A stretch of 64,000 nt of DNA from Chiloscyllium plagiosum (GCF_004010195.1 NC_057748.1:6271653-6335652); one strand, 5' to 3'; positions 41,167 through 53,692 are shown, numbered from the stretch's first letter. Program-made: numbers and translations. Notes: generated by a model from the sequence alone, not told the origin.

Positions 41167-43243
41167 TTCAATATTTATCCATCTGCCAAGCATCACAGAA
41201 ACAAATTACTTGGGTCAGTACCTCTTTGTTTGTGTGATCTTGTGGACAGATCAGCTGCTGCTGTATCGCAGCAATGTTTCCACTTCAAATCGTCATCACC
41301 AGGTCAAAAATGTTTTTCTAACTCAACCCAAGGTGATGGAAGGCACCGATGCAAAAGCCAAATCTTTTTTCTTTTCATGTTTTTAGAAACAAAACGTTTG
41401 AACTGTGATTTATATATCATTTAAAATCCTATCTCTCATTAAATTTGAAAGTAAATTACAAGCCGGCAGATGGAAATGAGCTGCGTTCAATGTAAAAGTG
41501 ATGAGATATCTGACATTACTATTGCCATGACTCTAGGCCTCTGGGATTTCGATTCAAATTGGACTGGGGCAAAAATGTTGGACTGAGAATTGCATCTGTC
41601 TGAAGGGACTGTGCATGAAATGAATTAGTACAATGTCAACAACTTCAGCAGCAAGTCTCTTGTGACTTTGCCATCTTTTCCGCCGACCGTGACTATCTTT
41701 AATCCCGGGACTGACCAAAGGAAAAAAGAGAAGGAAAGTTTAAAGTTTGAGTGTCCCAATTCCCTGGTTCCACTTGCCACTGATTCATTTGTTCCACTAC
41801 TTTTTCTCTTGTGTGTTGTTGTTCTTGCATCCACCTATCCTCCATCACGGGTCACCAGGGAGACACTGAGTTCCAGGTGATGTCACCCTTGCTTGGAGTA
41901 TGAGGGAGAGGCTTAGCTGAGATATCTGTGGAGGTGGAAGGCATTCACTGTTGGAGTATAAGCCTCCAAATATTACATTGGGGAGCAGGCTTCCTGGACA
42001 CAGTGATTCCTTAACCCCACAGGGGTTAGTCACGGCTGCATTGATGAAAGTTCACGCTTTCTCGGGTCGAAACAGAAAGAAACATTGGAGAAGCTGATTC
42101 CCTTAGAGTGTTTGGGAGGAGATTCGATCGAGGCGTGCAAGATTGCTGTAAGCTAGATGAAGAAAAGCTTGTTCTCACCACAAGGACTGGAGACACAGGT
42201 TTGAAACTTTGAGTGTGCGTGTGAGAGGCAGAGGGCAATAGGGTGGAGACGAGTGGAAGATTTGTTCTACACAGGAGTGCTATTGACCCTGGAACCCATG
42301 AGGCTGGTGGAAGCTGAGGTGATAAAAATGAGAGGGATGTGCAGGGAAGGGAATTGATAGGATTGGGGAGTCCGGGAGGGGGAAATGGGTTTGAGCTGAT
42401 TGTTCGACGGAGAGCTGGGAAAGGCCTCTTCTGCTGGAGTTATTACTCTGATGGGTTAGGTAGGCTTTTTGCAGTGATAAACAGAGTTAACCCATTGGGT
42501 TGATGACCTTCCATCAAAACCCATGTGCGCGAGAATTATTTTGGAATGGCAGCAGAATTGGGGAGCTTTAGTTCCACGGAGGGACTGAAGAAACTGGGCT
42601 TGTTGCCCTTAGGGGCAGAAGTGGGGAAAAGGAGATTTAACAGAGGTGTTCAAAATTTTGAGAGGCTTCGGTCGGGCAAGTGAGGGGAAACTGTTTCCAT
42701 TAACAGGAGAGTCATTAACCAGGTTTCACAAATACAAGGTCATTGGCAAAAAATGGAAGATGAGGAGAAAGTTATTTACAACTTGGTGAGGGAAACAGAT
42801 GCTGGAAAATCAGAGTCGATAAAGTGTGGCGCTGGAAAAAGCAAAGCAAGTCAAAGCAGCAGTTTCGAAGTTTGGATGGGACCCTTCATCAGGACTCCTG
42901 ATACCCGAAACATCGACTCTCCTGCTCCTCTGATGCTGTTTGGTCAGCTATGCCTTTTCCAGCTCCACATTTTATCAAAGTTTATTTACATTCAGGAAGG
43001 CTGTCTCTAAGGGGTAGTGGAAGCAGATTCACCAGGGACTTTCAAATGACTTGAATAAGTATTTGGAAAGCAGATAAATGCAAGACTATGAGAAAGGAGC
43101 TGAGGATTGGGGCTCTATCAAAGAGCTATCACAGGCGCAGTGGGCTGAATGGCCTTAAATGTTTCATGTTGGTATAGGGGAGTGATTAACAGTGAAGTAG
43201 TGGAAATGCTACTGAACTGAGCTATTAATCCTGAGATCAACTA

Positions 43244-43712
43244 GGAGAAAGTGAGGACTGCAGATGCTGGAGACCAGAGTTGAAAAGTGTGGTGCCTGAG
43301 ATAAGGTGGGGGCAGGGGAAATGAGGAAGCTAGAGAAATCTACATTCATCCATGTGGTTGGAGGGTTCCTAGGTGGAAGATGAGGCGCTCTTCCTCCAGG
43401 CGTCGTGTGGCCAGGGTCTGGCGTTGGAGGAGGTCAAGGATCTGCATTTTCTTGGCGGAGTGGGAGGGAGAGTTAAAGTGTTCAGCCATGGGGCGGTTAT
43501 CTCTCCGGCCTATCGCCCTCACCCTCACCTCCTTCCACCCATCGTATTCCCAGCACCCCTCCCCCAAATTCCCTCCCCCCTACCTTTTATCTCAGCCTGC
43601 TTGGCACACCAACCTCTTTCCTGAAGAAGGGCTTATGCCCGAAACATCGATTTTCCTACTCCTCGAATGCTGCCTGGCCTGCTGTGTTTTTCCAGCACCA
43701 CACTTTTCAACC
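43244..43712. mobile_element. Penelope-like element fragment: family A arms plus GIY-YIG endonuclease C-terminus
   Basis: Minus-strand PMAEHFNSPSHSAKKMQILDLLQRQTLATRRLEEERLIFHLGTLQPHG (about 43346-43495); hammerhead CTGAAGAaGGGCttatGCCCGAAAcATC at 43621-43648. Confidence 0.85.
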
Positions 43713-44741
43713 ATTAATCCTGAGAGTCAGGCTAATGCTTTGGTAACATGGATTCGAATCTAGAATTTCAGTGTGGAAGCAGGCTGTTCGGCCCATAAAG
43801 TCCACACCAACCTACCCTAATCCTGGACACCATGGGGCAATTTAGCATGGCCAATCCACCTAATCTGCACAACTTTGGACTGTGGGAGGAAACCAAAGCA
43901 CCCAGATGGCACTGGGAGAATGTGCAAACTCCACACAGATGGTTTTCCGAGGCTGGGATCGAACCTGAGTCCCTGGTGCTGTGAGGCTGTAGTACTAACC
44001 ACTGAGCCATCATGCTGCCCCAGCATCACACATAGGTATCTCATAGAATTTGCATTCAATTAATAAATTTGAAATATAAAGCTTGTCAGTACCATAAATT
44101 GCTCTAAAAATAAAACTCTGGTTCCCTTCTGTAACAGTTGGGGCTGGAGTATATGATTTCCTCACAAATGAATATGTTAATTTTAATTTGATCAGTTTAT
44201 TTTGATGTTTTGATTTAGGTGACAGTGCCCCTTAGCTGCTGACACTGACTTGCTTTGATTTGTTCATTCCGTGATCGTGAAAAGGGAAATAGAGAGAAAC
44301 TCCGTCCCTTTAGCTCAATCACCAGGGCCACAATTTTAGGGTAAGGAGCAGGAGATTTCGAGGGGATTTGAGAAAAAAATGTTTTGACTCGTATCTAGAA
44401 CTCTCGGATGAAAAGGGTAGTAGAGTCAAGAATCTTCAAGACATTTAAGAACTATTAGGGATGAATTGCCATAGCGTTGGAAATTAGGATTAGAATAGAT
44501 GGCACAGATACAATGGACCGAAGGGCCACTTTCTGTGCTGCAAAAGCGCTATGACTCTAAGAATATTTTTAGTGCAAATATTATTTGTCAGTAGCTAGAT
44601 CTAGAAGACTGTGTTGATCTCAGCATTCTCCGTGATATGCTGTTATATCCTGATTAAATCCAGTCGGGGTTTGGGGGAATGGGATGAGATCTCACTCCTG
44701 ATCCCAATGCCATCTGGAAAGCCAGTTGTCAATTCTTTTTT

Positions 44742-45220
44742 AGTTATAGAGTACAGCACAGAAGCAGACCCTTCAGTCCAACTCATCCATGCTGACCAGG
44801 TATCCTAATTTAATAAAGTCCCCTTTGCCAGCACTTGGCTCAAAACCCTCTAAACCCTTCCTATTCATATACCCATCCAGATGCCTTTTAAATGTTGTAA
44901 TTGTACCAGCCTCCAACACTTCCTCTGGCAGCTCAATCCATACACGCACCACCCTTTGCGAGAAAAAGTTGCCCCTTAGTCCCTTTTAAATCTTTCCCTT
45001 CTTACCCAAAACCTATACCCTCTAGTCTGGACCCAATTTCCCCCCACCCCAGGGAAAGACTTTGTCTATTTATCCTATCCATGCCCCTCATGATTTTATA
45101 AACCTCTATAAAGTCACCCCTCAGCCTCTGACGCTCCAGGGAAAACAACCCCAGCCTTTTTAGCCTCTCCCTATAGCTCAAACCCTCCAACCCTGGCAAC
45201 ATCCTTGTAAATCTTTTCAA
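44742..45220 (-). mobile_element. CR1 LINE 3' end
   Basis: KRFTRMLPGLEGLSYRERLKRLGLFSLERQRLRGDFIEVYKIMRG. Confidence 0.88.
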
Positions 45221-45575
45221 ATTTTCTTAAATTATTCATTCATGAGATGAGGGCGTCACTAGCTAGAGCAGCATTTATTGCCCATTCCTAAATAACCAGA
45301 GGGCATTTAAGAGTCAACCATATTGCTGTGGGTCTGGAGTCATATGTAGGTCAGACCAGGTAGGGATGGCAGTTTCCTCCCCTGAAGGGCATTAGTGAAC
45401 CAGATGGGTTTTTCCAACAATCAACATCATTAGATTCTTAATTTCAGATTTTTACTGAATTCAAATTCCACCATCTGCCATGGCAGGATTTGAACTTGTC
45501 CCTCCAGAACTTTAGCTGAGTCTTTGCATTAACAGTGCCGTGATAATTCCACTAGGCCATTGTCTCCCCAATTCT

Positions 45576-45784
45576 TCGAGGAGAAAGTGAGGTCTGCAGA
45601 TGATGGAGATCAAAGTTGAAACTTTATTGCTGGAACAGCACAGCAGGTCAGGCAGCATCCAGGGAACAGGAGATTCGACGTTTCGGGCACAGGCCTGAAG
45701 AAGGGCCTGTGCCCGAAACGTCGAATCTCCTGTTCCCTGCATGCTGCCTGACCTGCTGTGCTGTTCCAGCAATAAAGTTTCAAC
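45576..45784. mobile_element. Young Penelope-derived hairpin element, family A, intact + strand hammerhead core
   Basis: Arms of about 80 bp with one visible mismatch; CTGAAGAaGGGCctgtGCCCGAAAcGTC at 45695-45722; 13 bp TSD tctccccaattct (45563-45575, 45785-45797). Confidence 0.88.
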
Positions 45785-46240
45785 TCTCCCCAATTCTGAA
45801 TAGAATAAAGCAGAAATGTATTTCTCCTTGCTCCACATTTTGTCAATCCTTCCCAGATAGCAGCAGGGTGACCTTTACCACATTCTAGTTCAGTGGGACT
45901 GATGGACAATGTCTCTCGATCAGGATTTCTCGAGATGAATTCTCTTAAAGTTCCCCTCTGTCCCACCAGCCATCACTGTGTTACCGTATTCTCGACATTG
46001 AGAAACAGTGCTGAGAGAGTGTCGCACTGTCGGAGCTGCCGACGTTTGGATTGAGCCTTTAAAGCTGGGGTCCTGGCTGTCCCAACAACTTCTACTAGTC
46101 AGAAGAAGAGTCCTTCCTCTGCTGTCCTTGGGCCATTACCTAACCCCCAATGCTGTTACCCCAAAATGGGCTGAATGGTCTCAAATAGGGAGAGATTGGC
46201 AAAGCAGGCTGGTAATCCAGAGGCCCAGGCTAATATTCTT

Positions 46241-46513
46241 GGGAGAAGTGGGTACTGCAGATGCTGGAGATCAGAGTCAAGTTTAGAGCGGTGCTGGAAA
46301 AGCACAGCAGGTCAGGCAGCATCCGAGGAGCAGAAGAATCAACATTTTGGGCAAAAGCCGTTCATCCTGATGAGTCCCAGGTGATGTTCTGGGAACTTGG
46401 TTTGGATCCTGCCATGGCAGATGGTGGAATTTGAATTAAATAAAAATCTGGAATTAAGGGTCTAACAATGACCGTGAAACCATTGCCGTTCCAGCACTGC
46501 TCTAATCTTGACT
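46241..46513. mobile_element. Penelope-derived hairpin element, family A, with a captured 117 bp local segment
   Basis: Family A arms; flanking repeat ctaatattct..gg; centre 46372-46488 matches 47109-47225. Confidence 0.8.
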
Positions 46514-47935
46514 CTAATATTCTGGGGACACTAACCAATCAGGGAGCTTGCTGTACACAAATTGGCCGCTGTGATTCCTACTGTCCAAACTTCAAAAGCA
46601 TGCTGTGGGCTATGGGGGGTTGGATATGGCACGGTGGCTTAGTAGTTAATACTGCTGCCTCACAGCGCCAGGGACCTGGGTTTGATTCCCGTCTTGGGCA
46701 ACTGTCTGTGTGGAGTTTGCACATTCTCCGCGTGGGTTTCCTCTGGGTGCTCTGGTTTCCTCCCACAGTCCAAAGATGTGCAGGTCAGGTGAATTGGCCA
46801 TGCTAAATTGCCCATAGTGTTCAGGGATGTGTAGGTTAGGGGCATTAGTCTGGTGAAATGTAGAGTGATAGGGGAATGTGTCTTGGTGGGTTACTCTTTG
46901 GAGGGTCAGTGTGAACTTGGGCTAAAGGGCCTGTTTCCACACTGTAGGAATTCTATGGTTCCAAAGGTTTTGGAGGTGCTGTAGAAATGCAGGATGTTCC
47001 TTTTAGTCTTTAGTCACCCATTAATGGAATCCATCAGTGTGAATGCCTCCAGGTATCCTTCCAGGAGAGATGATCACCTCATAGTTTTACTGCTGGACGG
47101 TTAATGCAGAGTCCCAGGTGATGTTCTGGGGACTTGGTTTGGATCCTGCCATGGCAGATGGTGGAATTTGAATTAAATAAAAATCTGGAATTAAGGGTCT
47201 AACAATGACCGTGAAACCATTGCCGATTGTGAGAAAAAAGCCATCTAGCTCACTCATATCTTTTATGGAGGGGAAACTGACATCCTTACCTGGTCTGGCT
47301 GATATGTGAGTGGGTGGCACTGTGGGTGGTATGGAGTGTCAGGGACCTGGGTTCAATTCTACCCTTGAGCGATTACCTGTGTGGAGTTTATATATTCTCC
47401 CCGTGTCTGCGTGGGTTTCCTCCCAAAAGATGTGCAGGTTAGGCTGGATTGGCCATGGGAAATGCAGGGTTACAGGGATCGAGTCGGGGGTGGGGGGATG
47501 CTCTTTGGTGGGCCGGTGTGGACCCGATGGGCCAAATGACCTGCTTCCACGCAGTAGGGGATTCTCTTACAACATTTAAAAGGCATCTGGGTGGGTATAT
47601 GAATAGGAAGGGTTTAGAAGGATATGAGCCAAGGGCTGGCATATGGGATTAGATTGTTTTGGATATCTGGTCGGTATGGACAAGTTGGACTGAAGGGTCT
47701 GTTTCCATGCTGTACACCTCTATGACCTTTAACTGCCCTCTGGGCAATTAGAGATAGGTAATAAAGGCTGGCCTGGCCAGTGATGCTTTCATTGCGTGAG
47801 TGAGTTTAAAAAAAGGATATGATGCTAGAATTGCAATACGGAGCGATCCATTATTGTGTCTGGTCTTCCTCCATCTTTGGCCCTCAGGGTGTCAAGAAAC
47901 CACAGGGTCGGGTCCAAGGGGATAGCCACAGCACC

Positions 47936-48437
47936 ATGAGTCCCTGGATGCACTTGGTCCCTGCAATGCTGCTGTGCAGCCTCTCCTCTGCCTCTGTGGC
48001 CCCCTCAACAGGCAACACCAGCCTCACCATGTTCTTCACTGTCAACACCACTGTCGATTCCACTCTGAGAGCTTCAAGCAGTTCCTCAGCCAACGAGAGC
48101 GCGACGTCAAACCAGACCGAGGCCTCCCCAAGGAACGCTACCATCCCTCTTGATGGCTCCTCCACCGCCGACAGCCAGATGCCACCCAGCACCGAGGGGC
48201 CACGTGACACACCCCCAGCGGTGCAAACCGAGAGCTCCGGGATTGGGACGGACACCACCGTGAAGCCGACCGGTCAGAACACTGAGCCTTGGCCTACTCC
48301 TCACGGGCCTGAGGAGACTCCGCCGTCCGCAACCCCGTCCAGGATGTCCAGTGGGTCCCCACCCAGTCAGACTGGAGCACTGGCAGGAACCACCTGGGAA
48401 ACCGGGCACCTCTCTTGTGAACCCTCCGCTGTTCCAG
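47936..48437 (+). CDS. Mucin-15-like transmembrane mucin, coding exon 1 (signal peptide and Ser/Thr/Pro-rich ectodomain)
   Basis: Acceptor ccctcag|47888; Kozak gcaccATG at 47936; signal-peptide-like MSPWMHLVPAMLLCSLSSA; five N-glycosylation sequons (NTS, NTT, NES, NQT, NAT); donor G|gttaagt, phase 1. Confidence 0.85.
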
Positions 48438-48749
48438 GTTAAGTGCCATTTTGTTTGGGGGCCATTTTAAGTTCAATCGAACTTGCATTTTCCTAGCACC
48501 TTTTATCACCTCGGGACGGCTCAAAGTGCTTTTACAACCATGATGTATGGTCATTGCTGCGTAAGTTAGAAGGAGTGGCTGACAATTTGCGCACAGCAAG
48601 CTCCCATAAATAGCAATGTGCACATTCATTACAAGAACTGGAGCAGGAGTTGGCCATTCAGCCCCTTGAGTCTGCTTCATTATTTAATATGATCACGTCT
48701 GGTCCCATCTCAGCCTCAACCCCACTTTCCTGCCCATGCTCTATTGCTG

Positions 48750-49650
48750 GTCATAGAGTCATTCAACACTGAATCAGACCCAACAAGTCCATGCAGACCA
48801 TGTTCCCAAACTAAACTAGTCCCACCTGCCTGCTCCTGGCCCATACCCCTTCAAACCTTTCTGATTCATGTACTTATCCAAATGTCTTCTAAATGTCATG
48901 ACCGTACCTGCATCCACCACTTCCTCTGGAAGTTCAATTCACACATGAACCACTCTCTGTGTAAAAACGTTGCTCCCATGTCCTTTTTAAAACTTCCTCC
49001 TCTCACCTAAAAAATATGTCCTCCCTAGCTTTGAACTCCTCCACTCTAGGGAAGAGATGCTTGTCATTCACCTTATCTATGCCCCTCATGATTTTATAAA
49101 TCTGTGTAAGGTTAACCCTCAACCTCCTACAGTCCAGTGAAAAAAATCCCAACCTATCCAGCCTCTCCTTAAACCTCAAAACCTCCATTCCTGGCAACAT
49201 CCTGGTAAATCTTTTCCAATTTAATAATCTCCTTGCTATAACAGGGTGTCCAGAACTGCACACAGTTCTCCAGAAGAGGCCTCACCAACATCCTGTACAA
49301 CCTCAACATGGCATCCCAACTCCTATACTCAAAACAATGAAGGAAAGCATGCTAAATGTCTTCTTAACCACCTTGTCACCCTGTGACACAAATTTCAAAG
49401 AATAATGTATCTGAACCCCTCGGTCTCTCTGTTCTACAACACTATCCAAAGCCCTACCATAACTGTAAAAGGCCTGCCCTTGTTTGTTTTACCAAAATGC
49501 GATACCTCACATTTATCCAAATTGAATTCCGTCTGCCATTCCTCAGCCCATTCACCCAATTGATCAGATCTATTCACAACCTTAGGTGACCTTCTTCACT
49601 GTTCACTGTTCGCCTATTTTGGTGTCATCTGGAAGTTTTCTAACCATACC
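48750..49650 (-). mobile_element. CR1 LINE 3' fragment
   Basis: KRFTRMLPGMEVLRFKERLDRLGFFSL..., EFNLDKCEV motifs. Confidence 0.85.
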
Positions 49651-51795
49651 ACCACCCCACCAAACACCTCGACCCCGCGCCCTCCCCCACCACCATCAGC
49701 CATCATTTCTCTAGTGAGACAGAAGCCATTTGGTTCTCTGGGACAGTGGTGACTTCGCCTTTACGAATTAACCTAGGAGGTGAGCCATAGGAAGGAGACT
49801 ATCTCTCCTCATCTGATTCTTTGGCCCATAANNNNNNNNNNNNNNNNNNNNNNNNNNNNNNNNNNNNNNNNNNNNNNNNNNNNNNNNNNNNNNNNNNNNN
49901 NNNNNNNNNNNNNNNNNNNNNNNNNNNNNNNNNNNNNNNNNNNNNNNNNNNNNNNNNNNNNNNNNNNNNNNNNNNNNNNNNNNNNNNNGCATGTGTGTGT
50001 GTATCTGAGTTTGTGTGAGTGTGTGTGTGTGTGTGAGAGAGAGTTTGTGTGAGAAAGGGAGTGTATGCAACAACCTGACCAATGGTCCCTCATTGTAAGG
50101 GATTACCCCTCACGTTGAATCCCATATTCTTGAGGATGGCACAGGGAGACTCTGCCAGGTAAGCTTCAGTGATTGGAGCCAGTCTGGATTGTCCAACAGC
50201 ATTGTTGTGACTCAACAAGGTAAGTGGTGGATTTGAGATGATTTTAATCCTCATCCTTTGCTTCCCACTAATCATGGCCTCAATATCACCCATCTTCCTG
50301 CTCTCTTGTGTTGAAACACAGCTCCAGGTCTCACTGGCTACCTCCTCACCCCTAACTCTCACGGTCACAATTCCCCACCCCATCCCCAACGATCACAGTC
50401 ACCCTGGGAGAGGGAGCGGATCCTGATTTGATTGAACCTAATGCTGTGTCCCCTTTGGGTCACAGAGAGACTCCTGTGATGTCGAGATGGTGAGCATTGT
50501 TACACCATAAAGACTGGGTGCTGGCTGTGAAACTCGATTGGGTGGACTCTGAGATGTAACGGTCATGATAGCCTGTAAGGGGAAAGGTCTCCGGTCACAA
50601 GGCAAGAGGTAAATCAGGGAAAGGTTTGGGTTGGTGGTGACGTGAGATTATCACTGGACTGTCATTTCAGAGAAAGGGGTTTGAATCCCACCAAGATAGT
50701 TGGCAAAATCCAAAATCTAAAAATCACAAAAAGTTAATTTAACGATGAATTTTTAAAAACTTATTTCTTTTATTCACTGAGTGAATATTCAGCTAGGCTA
50801 ATGTTGATTGCCCATCCCTAATTGCTCAGAGGTCAGTTAAGAGTCAACCATGTTGCTGTGGGTCTGTAGTCATGTGCAGGCCAGACCAGGTAAAGGTGAT
50901 AGTTTCCTTCCATAAAGGGCATTAGTCAGCCAAATGGGTTTTCCCCCAACAATTAACAATGTTTCTAATAATTAGCAATGGTTTCATGGTCATCGTTAGA
51001 TTCGTAACTCCAGATTTTTATTGAATTCCAATTCCATTCTCTGCCATTTGAACTTGGGGCCCCAGAACATTACCTGGGTCTCTGGATTAACAGTTCAACG
51101 ACAATACCACTAGGCCACTGCCTTCCCTTGATTCATTGATATCCTTTAGGAAAGAAAATTGCCATCCTTCCTTGGTCTAGCCTCCAGATCCACAGCAATA
51201 TAGCTAATTCAGCTGCTTAGTTCAAGGGCTTTTATTCATTCATTAGATGAATAATCGGCTAGGTTAGAGTTTATTGCCCAGAGGGCAGTTAAGAGTCAAC
51301 CACATTGCTGGAGTCACATGTAGGCCACACCAGGTAAGGATGGCAGTTTCCTTCCCTAAAGGACATTAGTGAACCAGATGGGTTTTTCCTGGTCATCATG
51401 AGACTCTTAACTCCAGATTTTTTATTGAATTCAACTTCCAACATGGTGGGATTTGAACCCAGAATATTAACTAGGTCTCTGGATTAACGGTCCAGCGCTA
51501 ATACCACTAGGCCATCACCTCGCCTTAACGAGCTGGAAATTATTGCCTATGAGGGTGATGGAAACTGAAACAATAAGTGATTTCTGGATGAATTCAGATG
51601 GGCACACCAGGTTAAACAAACTTGAAAGACTATGGGGATAGAGATTGGGACTGCTCAGAATACTGTGCAGGGGAGCTTGCACTGAATTAATGGACTGAAT
51701 GGCCATTCTCTGCCATAATTCCTCTGTGAGCGTAAGTCTTTGGGAGGCTGAAAGATGATCTTGAGAGATGATTGACATTGTGACTTTGGTTTTAG

Positions 51796-51966
51796 GACAG
51801 AACAACCCGGAAACCAAGAAGAAGGGACAGTTTGGGAAAACACTGGGGATCTTCATTGGTTTAGCGGTTGTCCTGCTTCTGGTGTTCGGGCTGGTCTACT
51901 TGATCTACAACAGGACTCAAAAGGATGACCCGTTCTCACACCAAAGGCTCTACAACAGCGACCCAG
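51796..51966 (+). CDS. Mucin-15-like, transmembrane exon
   Basis: tttag|GA CAG...; QNNPETKKKGQFGKTLGIFIGLAVVLLLVFGLVYLIYNRTQKDDPFSHQRLYNSDP; donor G|gtacga; 171 nt, phase 1-1. Confidence 0.88.
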
Positions 51967-53434
51967 GTACGAGAGAACTGGCCAGGCTACAAAATTGGGC
52001 CTGTGCCTCCAGGCTTTTACCACATTGGGTTGCCAACTCTGGCTTTGGGGTGTGGGGGGAGTAGTGTCGAGGTAGCGTCACTGCCCTCGTAATCCAGGCT
52101 GCCAGACCAATGTCCTATGGTCATAGGTTCGAATCCCACCGTGGTAGGGTTATGCTGTGGGGAGAGAGGGCGGAACAAGGCATTGGTGAGCCTGGGAAGG
52201 GAAGTGGCTCCCAGCTGGCATTGCTTTGACCCCAATGTCCGGTCTGTCAATCAAGTACTGACCTCTTTGATAAAAGGACAGCCTCCACCCCAGCAATATG
52301 TCAAGCTGACCTTGGGGTACTCTGCCACCATGATGTGGGCTTTTTGCCTTCAGTGGGGATAACCAGACAAAACTTGTGTTACCTCCTGTGACACAAGAAT
52401 TGGACACTGCTAATATAGGACAACGGTTGTATATTTTTGGCAGTACAAACCTGATGGGCCAAAGGGTCTTTCCTCTGTACTGAATGATTCTAATGGGTGG
52501 TTATCGCAGCCCGTTGTTAGGTAGGGGGACATGGTGGCTCAGTGGTTAGTACTACTGCCTTACAGTGCCAGGGAACTGGGTTTGATTCCAGCCTCAAATG
52601 ACTGTCTGCATGGACTTTGCACAGTCTCCCCGTGTCTATGTGGGTTTCCTTCAGGTGCTCCAGTTTCCTCCCACAGTCCAAAGATGTGCAGGTTGTGGTG
52701 GACTGGCCCTACTAAATTGCCCATAGTATCCGGGGATATGCAAACTAGGTGGGTTAGCCATGGGAAATGCAGGGTTATAGGGTGGGTCTGGGTGGGATGC
52801 TCTTTGGAAGGTCTGTAAGGAATGAATGCCTTGCTTCCACAATGTAGAGAATCCTCTAAAACGGATAAGTCCTTTGGTGTCTGAGCTAATACTGAGCTAT
52901 TTGGTTTCAAGCTTCAACCTGCACCTATCATGCTTCAAGTGGCCCCAGTTAAGATGGTCACTGAGACTCCCTCCCCCTTGGGTTGTATTTCATGAGATGA
53001 TGATGCTATCATGACCATGTCTCTTAAAGGTGTACTGCATACTCTCTGTGAGAGAGAAGACTGCAACAGGATAGCAGCTATTGAGCTATCAGATTGGCCT
53101 GTAGATGGCCCTTTAAGTAGTCCTTAAGCGGCCACTTAAAAGTCTTTAATTGGTGGCTGGGCAGGAGGGTTAACCTTGGGCCTTCCCAGACAGGACTTAA
53201 TTCTGGTGTAGGCGGGAAGGTTTTTCAACCAGTACCCCTGCCTAATTAAACACCTCCAAGAATAGAAGATTTTGCCTGGGGTGTGTCAGATAGAGAGTGC
53301 AGTCCAAGTTTGGAGATGGCTGAGGTATTTTTACTTATGACAGCAGTTAAGCTAATGAGGCTCCAGTCACAGTAAGGGGAGAATTGCATGTTGGAGATCT
53401 TTCACTATTTTTTTACTCATCATCTTGCTCCTAG

Positions 53435-53649
53435 TTCTTAGCCTTGATGTTACGGTGGAGCCCCCGGACCGGTTCTATGGGAGTCTGACCCCTGACCTCG
53501 GCCGAGAGGGTCAGGGGAATCATGTGACCTCACAGAAAACGCTGAATCAGCCAATGGGGGAGGTGAAAAATCCAGCGTCTCCACCTCAAACCCACGACGA
53601 GATTCAGCTGAAACCAATGTCCGAAAGCTCAGTGAAGATATTTCTCTGA
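53435..53649 (+). CDS. Mucin-15-like, cytoplasmic tail exon
   Basis: ctcctag|TT CTT AGC...; VLSLDVTVEPPDRFYGSL...DEIQLKPMSESSVKIFL*; joined CDS 888 nt = 295 aa plus stop. Confidence 0.85.
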
Positions 53650-53692
53650 AATGTATTTTATGTTTTTCTTTAAACTCAGCAGCAATGGTGCA

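Noticed and set aside
45576-45784. MITE/DNA transposon or microRNA precursor
   Set aside because: Unequal arms, variable 12-15 bp TSDs, a hammerhead core and linkage to a GIY-YIG fragment indicate Penelope-like origin
50466-50608. Possible extra Cys-containing exon in the mucin intron (cacag acceptor, aagag|gtaaat donor, DSCDVEMV...GCETRL...IACKG)
   Set aside because: All three frames contain stop codons, the phases do not fit the flanking phase-1 exons, and the gene is complete without it
47936-53649. Calling the mucin CD34, podocalyxin or endomucin
   Set aside because: No Cys-rich globular domain and no DTEL/DTHL C-terminus; the FSHxRLY...PVLxLD motif points to MUC15
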